DNA of 36,214 nucleotides from a virus (lineage: Duplodnaviria; Caudoviricetes): IMG/VR virus record IMGVR_UViG_3300025470_000044, positions 1-36,214 of that record; one strand, written 5' to 3'. The first letter of the stretch is position 1. Each line of letters begins with the position of its first letter. Below are positions 15,330-24,411 of the stretch, one piece after another. Under the pieces are notes generated by a model, which was given only the letters and a program-made list of their open reading frames with translations, did not search any database and was not told the origin of the DNA. A program made the translations under genes and the position numbers.

Positions 15330-15995
15330 ATGGCCAAACAGCGCGCATCCAGCCTTGACCCGTTCGCCGCCCGGCTGACTCAGTGGCTCACTGCCCGAGA
15401 GGACGGCGGCGACGGCCTCACGCTGGCCCAGGCGCAGGAGCAGCTCGCGGCCGATGGCTGCCAGATCTCCGTCGGTCGTCTCTCGGAATGGTGGGCTGAC
15501 AAACAAAAGCGGGATGCCGACAAGCGATTCCTGGAGAACATCGCCAACGGCAGCCGGATGAGCAAACAGGTCAAGGCCGCGTTCGCCACGGAAGCGCCGC
15601 CGGAGATCCAGACGCTGATCAATGTGGTGCAGTCGCTCATCATGACTTTGCAGGTCAAAGGCGAGGCCAATCCGAAGTATTTGGAGATGGCCGATCGGCT
15701 GTTGCATTCCGTGCTGGAGTTCGCGCGCATGCAGACCGAAGCGGGCTTCGAGAAGATCAAGATTGAGATTCGACGGGCAGCGGAAGCGCGCATGCAGGAG
15801 AAGCTGCAGCTCGAACGCTCCAAGTTCGAAATGGAGTTCTGCGAAAAGATCCTGGACAAGGCCACGCGCGAGGCCGCGGAGCGGATCGCCGGGAGCAATC
15901 TGAGCAATGCCGACAAGATCGCCGCCATGCGCAAGGAAGCGTTCAAGGGCGTGGATGAACTCCAGGCCAGCGGAAAGGTGGTTATCCCCAAGTGA
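15330..15995 (+). CDS. Putative terminase small subunit (Mu gp27/DUF3486-like)
   Basis: MAKQRASSLDPF, HTH LTLAQAQEQL...ISVGRLSEW, coiled coil; directly upstream of TerL. Confidence 0.65.
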   Translation: MAKQRASSLDPFAARLTQWLTAREDGGDGLTLAQAQEQLAADGCQISVGRLSEWWADKQKRDADKRFLENIANGSRMSKQVKAAFATEAPPEIQTLINVVQSLIMTLQVKGEANPKYLEMADRLLHSVLEFARMQTEAGFEKIKIEIRRAAEARMQEKLQLERSKFEMEFCEKILDKATREAAERIAGSNLSNADKIAAMRKEAFKGVDELQASGKVVIPK

Positions 15996-17575
15996 AAAGG
16001 ATCCGCCGAGAATATCAGAACGTGGCGCTGGTGGCCGTGCGCGAGGTGCGGCAGATCGCTCTCTATTGGGCGCGCCGCTGCCGCAAGTCCACCACGTTGG
16101 GCGATATCGCCTTCGACGAAATGTCGAAGGAATCCGGCCGCATGGTCATTGCTGCCAGCGCATCACTACTCCTGGGCAAGGAACTGGTCGGGGTCACGCT
16201 CTCCGCTGCCGAGCAAGCCATGCTGGTGATGAACGAGGCCGCTGCGGTGCGCACGGTGTTCGAAACCGGGGCCGACGAAAACAAGCTCAGCTTCCAGGTG
16301 GCCGATTCGAGCACGGACAAATTGCTCAAGGGGCTGACCCCGGAAGATTTTGCGGAGTTGTACCAAAGCAGTCGGATGGAGCTCCGGCTCTATTTTGACA
16401 AGACGCACTTTTCCCGCCTGCAGGTGATCGCTCCCAATCCGGCCACGGCCCGCTCCTGGCGTGCCACGGTGCTCCGGGATGAGGCCGGTTTCACCAACGC
16501 CAATTTCGAGACCGAGCTGCGCATGGCCACCGATCCCATGATGCGCGACACCCCCGATCTCAAGATCATCTATGCCTCGAATCTTTCGAGTAACGACCGT
16601 CATCCGTATTTCGAGACCACCATGCCGCGCGAGATCACGGCTGAGACTGAGGATGAACAGTTCCCCGCCAATCCGGCCGGGCATCTCTATATTGGCCAAC
16701 ATGGGATACTGATCCATCGCGTGGCGCTCAAGGACGCTTATGCGGCCGGCCATAAGCTGTTTGACGATCACAGCCAGCCCATGACCTATGAGCAATGCCG
16801 GATGTTTCCCCAGTTCAAGTCCGGCTGGGACGGCACCTATGCGCTCAATCACAAGTCAGGTGGCGCGGCGGCGATCGACCTGATTGCGCTACTTTCGGCC
16901 CAGCGCCGGGGCATCGGCCAAAGCCATTTCGTGTTTGTGGAGACCGAGAGCGATGCCCGGCGCGCGTTCGACCTATTGCGCGGTTCACTCCGTGACGGCC
17001 CGGTCGGGGTGGGCTTTGACGTGGCCAGCACGACCGGCGAGATGAGCAACCCCAGTTCCATCACGTTTACCGAGAACGTCAGTGGCGAACGATTCCAACG
17101 TCTGGTGCTCGTGTTCAAATCCAAGAAGCGGGCGGTGATGTCGGATTATCTCCAGCGTGGCGTTCGCGTGGTCCGCGAACGTCCCGCTGGCGGTCCGGCC
17201 CGGCGGTTGTGCATTGATGCCAGCAACGAGCGCCTGGCCGCCGAAGAGACCAAGGATGATCTCTCGCCGCTGATCCCTATCGAACTGATCCTGGGCAATG
17301 CCAAGGTGGAACCCAAGCCCACCGGCTACGGGAATGACATCAACTACAAGACGTACCAAGGCGACTTGTATTGCGCCGCCGTGAATGAGGGGCGCACGGT
17401 CCTGCCGGCCGACGACTACATCAAACAGGATCATCGCCTGCCCATGAAGGCACAGGGCAAATACACCTGCCCGGTGGACAGCGACGGCCGGCACGGCGAC
17501 ACCTTCGACTCCGGGAAACAGGCCGAGTACGCCCTGATGGATCGCCCCCTCAACTTATGGTGCGCTACCGTATGA
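15992..17575 (+). CDS. Terminase large subunit
   Basis: WARRCRKST (Walker A variant), VLRDEAG (Walker B), IIYASN, nuclease VGFDVA, LCIDAS, GRHGDTF. Confidence 0.85.
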   Translation: MKRIRREYQNVALVAVREVRQIALYWARRCRKSTTLGDIAFDEMSKESGRMVIAASASLLLGKELVGVTLSAAEQAMLVMNEAAAVRTVFETGADENKLSFQVADSSTDKLLKGLTPEDFAELYQSSRMELRLYFDKTHFSRLQVIAPNPATARSWRATVLRDEAGFTNANFETELRMATDPMMRDTPDLKIIYASNLSSNDRHPYFETTMPREITAETEDEQFPANPAGHLYIGQHGILIHRVALKDAYAAGHKLFDDHSQPMTYEQCRMFPQFKSGWDGTYALNHKSGGAAAIDLIALLSAQRRGIGQSHFVFVETESDARRAFDLLRGSLRDGPVGVGFDVASTTGEMSNPSSITFTENVSGERFQRLVLVFKSKKRAVMSDYLQRGVRVVRERPAGGPARRLCIDASNERLAAEETKDDLSPLIPIELILGNAKVEPKPTGYGNDINYKTYQGDLYCAAVNEGRTVLPADDYIKQDHRLPMKAQGKYTCPVDSDGRHGDTFDSGKQAEYALMDRPLNLWCATV

Positions 17576-17732
17576 TTTTGACCCTTTCCAGCATGCCCAG
17601 AATGGCCCCAGGAAGGCCCGTGACGGGTTTTTGGCCGCAGGATGGTGGCTCGGGCACGTCCAGCCCTGCCAGCGGGCGCGCGCGCCTGATTAACGGGCCA
17701 TTAAAAACTTCACCCTACTCGGAGGTAAACGC

Positions 17733-20072
17733 TTGAAATTGACCTTCGGCAACCTTTTTTCCGGTTTTTTCGGTCCAACCCCCTCCGGGATCCGGGCTTC
17801 GGACATGGAAATCAGCCGCCGCGACCCCACCGATGCCGGCATCGGGACCGGGAATTTCACCCAGGGACTGCCTGCTTTTTGGTTTGCGCGGGGCGTTGGT
17901 CACAATTCCAGCGAGAATCTTTACAAGCCGTATGCCGAATCCGCCTGGGTCCGGAGCGCCATCAAAAAGATTTCTCAGCCGATCGCCTCCTGCCAGGTGC
18001 TATTTAGCCGGCCGACCGGGGTTACCGTCCGGCGGCGGGGTAGCCGCCTCCGGCAGCTTTCCACCGCGCGCGGGATCGTTTACCGGTCCGATAGCGAACT
18101 GATCGACCTGCCCCAGATATCCGAATGGCTCAAAGAGCCGGTCGCAGACTTGACGTACCAAGATTTTGTGGAAGCCAGCGTTGGCTGGCTCAAGATGGCG
18201 GAGTGTTTCTGGGTCATCATGGATGCCGGCAACCGGGTGCCTTTTCCGGAGGTGAAGCTCAATCCGTATGCGCCGATCCTCATCCCGCAACCTGACCGGA
18301 TGCGTCCGACCATTGAGGATGGCGAAATCGTCAAATGGACGATGACCCGCGTCGGTGGCCAGACGGTGAATCTGGATCCCGACCAGGTCGTGCGGCTCCG
18401 CGGCTGGAATCCATACGACGAACATCGCGGCCTGGGCGATTACCGAGCCGTGCATGTGGCGGCGGAGGCGGACTGGCTGGCCGGCAAATTTGCCCGCAAC
18501 CTGATGGCGAACAATGGCGACACTTCGCGCATCATCAGCGTCAAGGGTGGCAATCCGGATGACAAGCAACGTGCCCAGTTGATTGCCGAGTTCAAAGCGC
18601 GCCGCATGGCCAGTTTGCGCGGCGAGAGCCGCGACGTGGTCGTGGGTGGCGATGTGGAACTGCACAACGCCGAGCTGGCCAGCATTGATCCATCGTTTGT
18701 GGCCCAGCGGATTGAGCATCGGCACGAGATCTATAATGGGCTGGATGTGCCCATGTCCATGGCCGACATTAAAGCGTCCTACTCCATCGGCAGCGCTTCG
18801 GACATGTTCCAGCTCCTGATCAATGCATGCATCCCGACCGGCGGAAAGTTGTGCGGCGCCCTGGAGAAATTATTTTTCAAGCTGACCGGCCAGCGGATCG
18901 AAGTGGGGCTAAACTGGGATGAGCATCCGTGCATGCAAGAGGTTCGGAAGGAGAGGCTAGACAGCATCGCCAAATTGGCGGCCCAGGGCATGCCCATGGA
19001 AGAGATCAATGAATATCTTGCCCTGGGACTGGTGAAGTATCCTGGCTGGGAAGTCGGTTATCTACCGGTGAGCGTCACGCCGGTGCTCAACGAAGATGGT
19101 GAAGTGAATCCCGCTCCCACGCCTGGCGACTTCAGTGAGACAATCGGTGATGACGGCGGCCAGCCCGGCGCGATCGACGACGGCAGCGATACTCCCAAGG
19201 ATGGCGACGCCCCCGAAGTAAAGGCCATGCTTGCCGCCCTCCGCTGCAAATGCGCGCCGCCCGGCCAATCCAAAGTCAAATCCTCCAAGAACGAAAAGCT
19301 CTGGCAATCTCTGATGCGTCTCCGCACCAAGAGCGTGAAGATGTACCAGAGCAAGTGCAGCAAGCTCTTCCTCCAGTACCGGGCCGCCGCGCTGCGCAAA
19401 CTGGAACACGCGCACACCGACAAGTCCGCCCAGACCAAATCCCTGGTGGACGTGATCTTCGACCAAGTGATGTTCAAGCACGATATCAGCAGTGCGCTGG
19501 ATCCTGTCACCCAGATCACCTTGCAGACTGCCGGCACGGAGCTGCTGGAAGAAATCGGCCGCAAGGATGATCCGTGGAAGTTTCCGCCGGCTGATGCCAA
19601 GAAGTTCATTGCCAGTCGGGAAAACCTGATCAAGGGCGTATCCGACACGGCGTTCAACCAATTGCGGACCGCGCTCAAGGCCGGCCTGGATAAAGGCGAG
19701 ACCATGGCAGAGCTCGCCGGACGCGTCAAAACGGTGTTCAACCATTTGAGCAACTTCGAGGCGCGCCGGATCGCCATGACAGAGACCAGCGCGGCCTATG
19801 GCTTCAGCCGCAACGTGGCCATGGAAAACGCCGGCATTGAGTACAAGGCATGGTTGACCAGTCATGGCGACAATGTGCGTCTGGCTCACCAGGAGGCCGA
19901 AGAGAATTTCGGGCCGGATAATCCGATCCCGCTGGATCAGCCCTTCCTGGTGGCCGGCGAAGAGCTGATGTATCCGGGCGATCCCGCCGGCTCGCCGGAG
20001 AATGTGATCAATTGTCACTGCGTGCAGATCGCCGTGCAGGCGCCTGCAGGTGAACAGGAGGAAGAAGACTAA
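17733..20072 (+). CDS. Portal protein (HK97-like) fused to Mu gpF/SPP1 gp7-like head morphogenesis domain
   Basis: TTG start with GGAGGT; WVRSAIKKI, WLKEP, PDRMRP, EEINEYLAL; C-terminal ARRIAMTET, KAWLT, VRLAH, YPGDP...ENVINCHC. Confidence 0.85.
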   Translation: MKLTFGNLFSGFFGPTPSGIRASDMEISRRDPTDAGIGTGNFTQGLPAFWFARGVGHNSSENLYKPYAESAWVRSAIKKISQPIASCQVLFSRPTGVTVRRRGSRLRQLSTARGIVYRSDSELIDLPQISEWLKEPVADLTYQDFVEASVGWLKMAECFWVIMDAGNRVPFPEVKLNPYAPILIPQPDRMRPTIEDGEIVKWTMTRVGGQTVNLDPDQVVRLRGWNPYDEHRGLGDYRAVHVAAEADWLAGKFARNLMANNGDTSRIISVKGGNPDDKQRAQLIAEFKARRMASLRGESRDVVVGGDVELHNAELASIDPSFVAQRIEHRHEIYNGLDVPMSMADIKASYSIGSASDMFQLLINACIPTGGKLCGALEKLFFKLTGQRIEVGLNWDEHPCMQEVRKERLDSIAKLAAQGMPMEEINEYLALGLVKYPGWEVGYLPVSVTPVLNEDGEVNPAPTPGDFSETIGDDGGQPGAIDDGSDTPKDGDAPEVKAMLAALRCKCAPPGQSKVKSSKNEKLWQSLMRLRTKSVKMYQSKCSKLFLQYRAAALRKLEHAHTDKSAQTKSLVDVIFDQVMFKHDISSALDPVTQITLQTAGTELLEEIGRKDDPWKFPPADAKKFIASRENLIKGVSDTAFNQLRTALKAGLDKGETMAELAGRVKTVFNHLSNFEARRIAMTETSAAYGFSRNVAMENAGIEYKAWLTSHGDNVRLAHQEAEENFGPDNPIPLDQPFLVAGEELMYPGDPAGSPENVINCHCVQIAVQAPAGEQEEED

Positions 20073-20073
20073 T

Positions 20074-20277
20074 ATGCGAAAAACTTTTGCCAACACGATC
20101 CGGAAGGATCTTATCGTCAACCGCAATCGTCGCGGCGTCGCTGTGACGGTGCAAGATTGCCCTGGTGGCAAGCTCACGTACCACAGCCAGCATGCCAATG
20201 CCGACACTGCGGCATATTTGAACAGCAAGATGCCGACAATGGCTCTTGTCGGCCCCAATCTCCAATCCCGCCCATGA
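20074..20277 (+). CDS. Hypothetical protein (67 aa)
   Basis: Fills gap; ATGA-coupled to protease. Confidence 0.55.
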   Translation: MRKTFANTIRKDLIVNRNRRGVAVTVQDCPGGKLTYHSQHANADTAAYLNSKMPTMALVGPNLQSRP

Positions 20278-20987
20278 AATCACTCTACCCCGCCAAAACC
20301 ACGATCCGCCGCACGATTCACCCGACCGTCAAGGTGATTGACGAAAAGGCGGGCATTGTCGAATACGTCGCCACCGACGAATCCCTGGACAGCTATGGCG
20401 AGGTCGTCAAGGCAGACGGCGCATGCTTCGATCGGTTCCAGAAGAACGCGCCGTTTGTCGATTCGCACAATTACGAGTCCGTGGCTTGCCTCCTGGGCCG
20501 CGTCATCGACTGGAAGGTTGCCAACCGTTCCGTGACTGAGACCGTAAAGTGGGCAATTGACGCCGGCCTTCCCGAAGATCATCTGGCAAACGTTGGTTTT
20601 AAGATGACCTTGGCCGGCTACCTCAAGGCGGTGAGCATCGGCTTCATGCCGATCAGCTACGTCACAAAGTGGGATAGCAACCAGAGCCAGTTCCAGGAAG
20701 CGCTTCGCGATTTGAACGTGCCCGCCGGCACCGATGTGCGCGCCATCCATCTCCAATGGGAGCAGATGGAACTGAGCGCCTGCGTGGTGGGCGCCAATCC
20801 CAACGCCGTGGCCAAGGCTTACAAGGCCGGCATCATCAATGATGCCTTGCTCGAAAAGATTTCAACGGAACACGCGAAACGTGAAACCGCCTCCAGCACC
20901 GACAGCCCCGACGCTGTGCTGGTGGCCCGGCGTCGGGCGCAGGAGCGCTTCCTGTTGGAAATGCAGTTAACCATCAATCAAATCTAG
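20274..20987 (+). CDS. HK97-family prohead protease
   Basis: ATDESLDSYGEVV, PFVDSH, LGRV, LKAVSIGF, MELSACVVGANPNA. Confidence 0.9.
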   Translation: MKSLYPAKTTIRRTIHPTVKVIDEKAGIVEYVATDESLDSYGEVVKADGACFDRFQKNAPFVDSHNYESVACLLGRVIDWKVANRSVTETVKWAIDAGLPEDHLANVGFKMTLAGYLKAVSIGFMPISYVTKWDSNQSQFQEALRDLNVPAGTDVRAIHLQWEQMELSACVVGANPNAVAKAYKAGIINDALLEKISTEHAKRETASSTDSPDAVLVARRRAQERFLLEMQLTINQI

Positions 20988-20993
20988 TAGTTC

Positions 20994-22559
20994 ATGAAAC
21001 AATATCTGAATCGTCAAAAAATGCTCGGCTGGCTTGGTTTTGCCATGCTCGCCGTGATCGCCATCTGCTTTGCGCTGCCCACACTCGGCGCATCGCTGCT
21101 GCTGCCCCTGGCGGCGGTATCCCCCAAACTGTTCCTGGGCGCCCTGGGCATGATGCACAAAGGCGTCTTCGCCTGTGCGGCGCTTCCCTTCGGTTGCATC
21201 CTTCGGGACAAGGCCGGCGCTGAAGGCGGCGAAAGTGCCTCGTTCGAAAGCAAGGTGCTTAAAGGCGTCGAGAAACTGACCGAGACGCAAACCAAACAGT
21301 CGAACGACATCGCCAAGGTGCTCGCCGATATGGATCGCGCCGACAAAGAAGTCAAATCGGCCATGGAGGAATTGACCAAGGTCAAGAACGCCACCAATTC
21401 CAGCGTGGAGGACATCAACAAAAAGATCATGGCTGTGCAGAAATCGGTTGCCATCAATGCGCGTTCCAGTTTCCGCAGCCCCATCGCGCGTGCCTTGGCG
21501 GATGAAGAATTCCGCTTCGGAATCAATGCTCTGGCTCGCTACATCCTGGCGGCCAAGGGCGCCAGCAAACTGGATCCGGCCCATCTGAAGTTCGTTGAAG
21601 ACGGCAAGGCCGCCCACAAGGCGCTGACCGGCGTGGACACCGGCCTCGGCCAGGCTACTGTGCCCACCGCGACGTTTGACACCATCTATGATTTGCTCCT
21701 GCAGTATGGCGATTATGCCACGCTGGGAGTTGATCGGGTGGGCGCCCGCACCAATGTGCTGCCCGTGGCCACCAGCCGCCCGCAGTTCTATTGGATTGGC
21801 TCTCAATCCAGCTTGGCGGAATCCTCGCAGATCACGGCGGGTGCTTTCGGCGGCGGTCAGGTGCTCCTGATCGTCCAGACGTTGGCCGTGCTCATGTATG
21901 TCGCGCGCGAACTGCTCCAAGACTCCACCGTGGATCTGGCTCCCTACGTCGTGCGCCAGATGATCCAGTCGATCGCCTGGGGCATGGATACCGCTGCCTT
22001 TATCGGCAACGGCAATGCGGACACCACCAATGCCGGCTACGTCGGGATTTTCAACGCCGCCCTGGCGAACTCCAACCTGGGCGTCAGCGCCGGCGCCGGC
22101 CGCACCGTCGTCAGCAAGCTGTTGATTGACGACTTCGTGGCCACGATCCTGGGCGTGAGCGCGCAAGTACTCAACAAGAAGCCCATGTGGTGGGCGCACC
22201 CGCAGATGATGGCGCGCATCGCGCTGATCAAGGACGGTTTGGGCCGACCGATCTTCCAGACCTGGCAGGAGGTTCCCTCGCCGGGCTCGATCGGCAGCAT
22301 CCTGGGCTATCCCGTCCACCCGACCGCCATCGCGCCTAACACGGACGGCAACAGCCAGCCCGTGGCGGCATTTGGCGATCCCGATGGTCAGGTCAACGGC
22401 ATCCGCGCCGACTTGGAACTGGCCACCAGCGAGGATATTGGCTTCCCGCAAAACCTGGTTGCCTATCGCACGCTGTTGCGCGCCGGCGTCAAGATCCTGA
22501 CGACTCCCGGATCCACCACCCTCAAACCGTTCGCCGTTCTCTCGAACGCGGCGGTCTAA
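20994..22559 (+). CDS. HK97-family major capsid protein with hydrophobic N-terminal extension
   Basis: Coiled-coil delta domain, KALTG...GQATVP, VARELLQDS, AFIGNG, LIKDGLGRPIF, SILGYPV, AFGD. Confidence 0.92.
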   Translation: MKQYLNRQKMLGWLGFAMLAVIAICFALPTLGASLLLPLAAVSPKLFLGALGMMHKGVFACAALPFGCILRDKAGAEGGESASFESKVLKGVEKLTETQTKQSNDIAKVLADMDRADKEVKSAMEELTKVKNATNSSVEDINKKIMAVQKSVAINARSSFRSPIARALADEEFRFGINALARYILAAKGASKLDPAHLKFVEDGKAAHKALTGVDTGLGQATVPTATFDTIYDLLLQYGDYATLGVDRVGARTNVLPVATSRPQFYWIGSQSSLAESSQITAGAFGGGQVLLIVQTLAVLMYVARELLQDSTVDLAPYVVRQMIQSIAWGMDTAAFIGNGNADTTNAGYVGIFNAALANSNLGVSAGAGRTVVSKLLIDDFVATILGVSAQVLNKKPMWWAHPQMMARIALIKDGLGRPIFQTWQEVPSPGSIGSILGYPVHPTAIAPNTDGNSQPVAAFGDPDGQVNGIRADLELATSEDIGFPQNLVAYRTLLRAGVKILTTPGSTTLKPFAVLSNAAV

Positions 22560-22565
22560 ACCCTA

Positions 22566-22587
22566 TACCCCGAAATCCTTCGGGGTA
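22566..22587 (+). terminator. Perfect hairpin after capsid gene (weak terminator or mRNA stabiliser)
   Basis: TACCCCGAA-ATCC-TTCGGGGTA, no U-tract. Confidence 0.55.
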
Positions 22588-22618
22588 AACACCAACTCCA
22601 ATCATATCCTGTTAATAT

Positions 22619-23548
22619 ATGTTGAAATCCGAATCTGAAATTAAAGCGCTCCCCTTGGATGAGCTGCAAAAGCTCGTCGTTGAGCTGGGCTTGGTTCCGT
22701 CCAATGACAAGAACTACGCCAACAGCCGAGCCCTGTTGGAATTCGCCACTGGGTTGAAAAAATTCAAACCCGCCGAACAGATCACCGTGGAAAACACGGC
22801 TGATTTCCCGATCCCGGTGGATGGCAAAGTCATTGCTCCCGGAGAGACCGCGAAGATCTATCCCTGGCAATACACCAGCCTTAGTCGCTGGCTCTCGAAG
22901 GTGGCCGCTGCCGCCGCCCTCATCTTGGCCACTCTGTTCCTGAGCTTTGCGCCCAGCGCCCAAGCCCAGGTGCAGCCGTATGTGTTTGGCAATCCATCGC
23001 AATACAACGTCATGGCCGTCAACGGCTACGCCGGTTGGACGAATCTGCTGAACACCTCCGGCGCGGCCACCAACGGCACCGGCGGCTGGTCCAACATCGT
23101 CAGTACCGCAACCGCCGTGTACTACACCGCGGCCATCACCAATGCGACCACGATCATCACCAACGCCAACTGGCAGTTTAACACTGGCATCTGGACGAAT
23201 ATCCCGACCTATACCACCAACATCACGGTGAATTACCCTGGCTTGGTCTCGGTCGTGAACAGTGACACCCTGGGCATCGAGCTCGGCGGCCAGCTCCTGA
23301 ATGCTGGCACTGGCACCAACTTCGTGGCCAACTGGGATTATTCCAACGATGGCGTGTACTGGCAGACCAATGCACTCACTCAGTCGCTCATCCTGAACGG
23401 CACGACCTACGTCGCCACCAATACCCAGTTGACGCTGTTCGCGCCCGGCTTCCTTCGCCTGGACAGTCTCAGCACCTTGCCCATCGGCGCCACCGTGACG
23501 AATGTCACCGTGGAAATCGCCAAGAAGCCGTACCGCACTGGTCCGTAA
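22619..23548 (+). CDS. Head-module protein: soluble N-domain + internal signal-like segment + Thr/Asn-rich beta domain
   Basis: LPLDELQKLVVELGL (HeH/Rho-N-like); RWLSK-VAAAAALILATLFLSF-APSAQA|Q; YSNDGVYW Asp-box-like motif. Confidence 0.8.
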   Translation: MLKSESEIKALPLDELQKLVVELGLVPSNDKNYANSRALLEFATGLKKFKPAEQITVENTADFPIPVDGKVIAPGETAKIYPWQYTSLSRWLSKVAAAAALILATLFLSFAPSAQAQVQPYVFGNPSQYNVMAVNGYAGWTNLLNTSGAATNGTGGWSNIVSTATAVYYTAAITNATTIITNANWQFNTGIWTNIPTYTTNITVNYPGLVSVVNSDTLGIELGGQLLNAGTGTNFVANWDYSNDGVYWQTNALTQSLILNGTTYVATNTQLTLFAPGFLRLDSLSTLPIGATVTNVTVEIAKKPYRTGP

Positions 23549-23563
23549 TCCAGCCTTAAGCCC

Positions 23564-23755
23564 ATGTTAAACACCCCGCCAAAGGATCGCATGCCCGACC
23601 CGCGCACCCTAAAGACGCGCGTCCCAATGCGTCCTTTGGCGGGCTTTGCCCCTCAGCCCCATCAGTCGCATCCGTCTCACCCCGCTAACTGCGAGGCCTG
23701 TGGCTCTCATCCCAGCGTGCGTAAATCGTCAATCGTGAATCGTAAATCCCCATGA
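23564..23755 (+). CDS. Small protein (63 aa), low-complexity C-terminus
   Basis: PPKDRM motif; ATGA-coupled to connector gene. Confidence 0.5.
   Translation: MLNTPPKDRMPDPRTLKTRVPMRPLAGFAPQPHQSHPSHPANCEACGSHPSVRKSSIVNRKSP
23720..23747. repeat. Heptamer tandem repeat CGTNAAT x4
   Basis: CGTAAAT CGTCAAT CGTGAAT CGTAAAT. Confidence 0.85.
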
Positions 23756-24411
23756 ACGCCGGTTTTTCCAATCTTGCCTATCTCAAAAACTATTTGCTGG
23801 CCGGCACGAGCAAAGCTGATACCCGCTTTGACTCGCGCATCCAGGCGCTGGGCTTGGGCGTGGTGGGCCAGTTCGCGCAATACACCAATCGTGAATGGAT
23901 GTATGCGCAGAACATCCTGGAAGTTTTCAGTGCCGATCGGCCTCACTGGTTTACCCGGCGCAACCCGGTGACGCAGTTCACGAAAGTCGAAATCCGCTAT
24001 TTCGCCGCCGACGCCTGGGCGAACATCACGGCCCAGCCCGTGAGCACCGATGAGGAAAAAGGCTACATTGATTTTGGTTACATGCTCGGCCGCCGGCCCA
24101 TGCAGGTGCGGCTCACCTACAACGGAGGCTATTGGTGGGAGCAGCTTGAGCCAGATGATCCGAACTATCCGAGCACCGTCCCCAGCGATATCACGGCCAA
24201 TCAGGCGGGCATCGGTGCCGACAAGTTCATGCTTCCGGCCGAGCTTTTCCAGGCCTGGCTCACCCAGTGCGAGCATGTGTGGACCAACAGCAACAAGCTC
24301 GGCACGAATCTGCTCAAGGCTGGCGCGGATACCAGCATTCGTTTTCCGGAAGACTGGGCCGCCAATGTGGAGAACACCCTGAAGAGCTTCAAGCGCTTCC
24401 AGCTCACATGA
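23752..24411 (+). CDS. Head-tail connector/adaptor (gp6-like)
   Basis: LAYLKNYL...FAQYTNR...PVTQFTKV...VRLTYNGGY...LPAEL...LKSFKR; position. Confidence 0.75.
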   Translation: MNAGFSNLAYLKNYLLAGTSKADTRFDSRIQALGLGVVGQFAQYTNREWMYAQNILEVFSADRPHWFTRRNPVTQFTKVEIRYFAADAWANITAQPVSTDEEKGYIDFGYMLGRRPMQVRLTYNGGYWWEQLEPDDPNYPSTVPSDITANQAGIGADKFMLPAELFQAWLTQCEHVWTNSNKLGTNLLKAGADTSIRFPEDWAANVENTLKSFKRFQLT

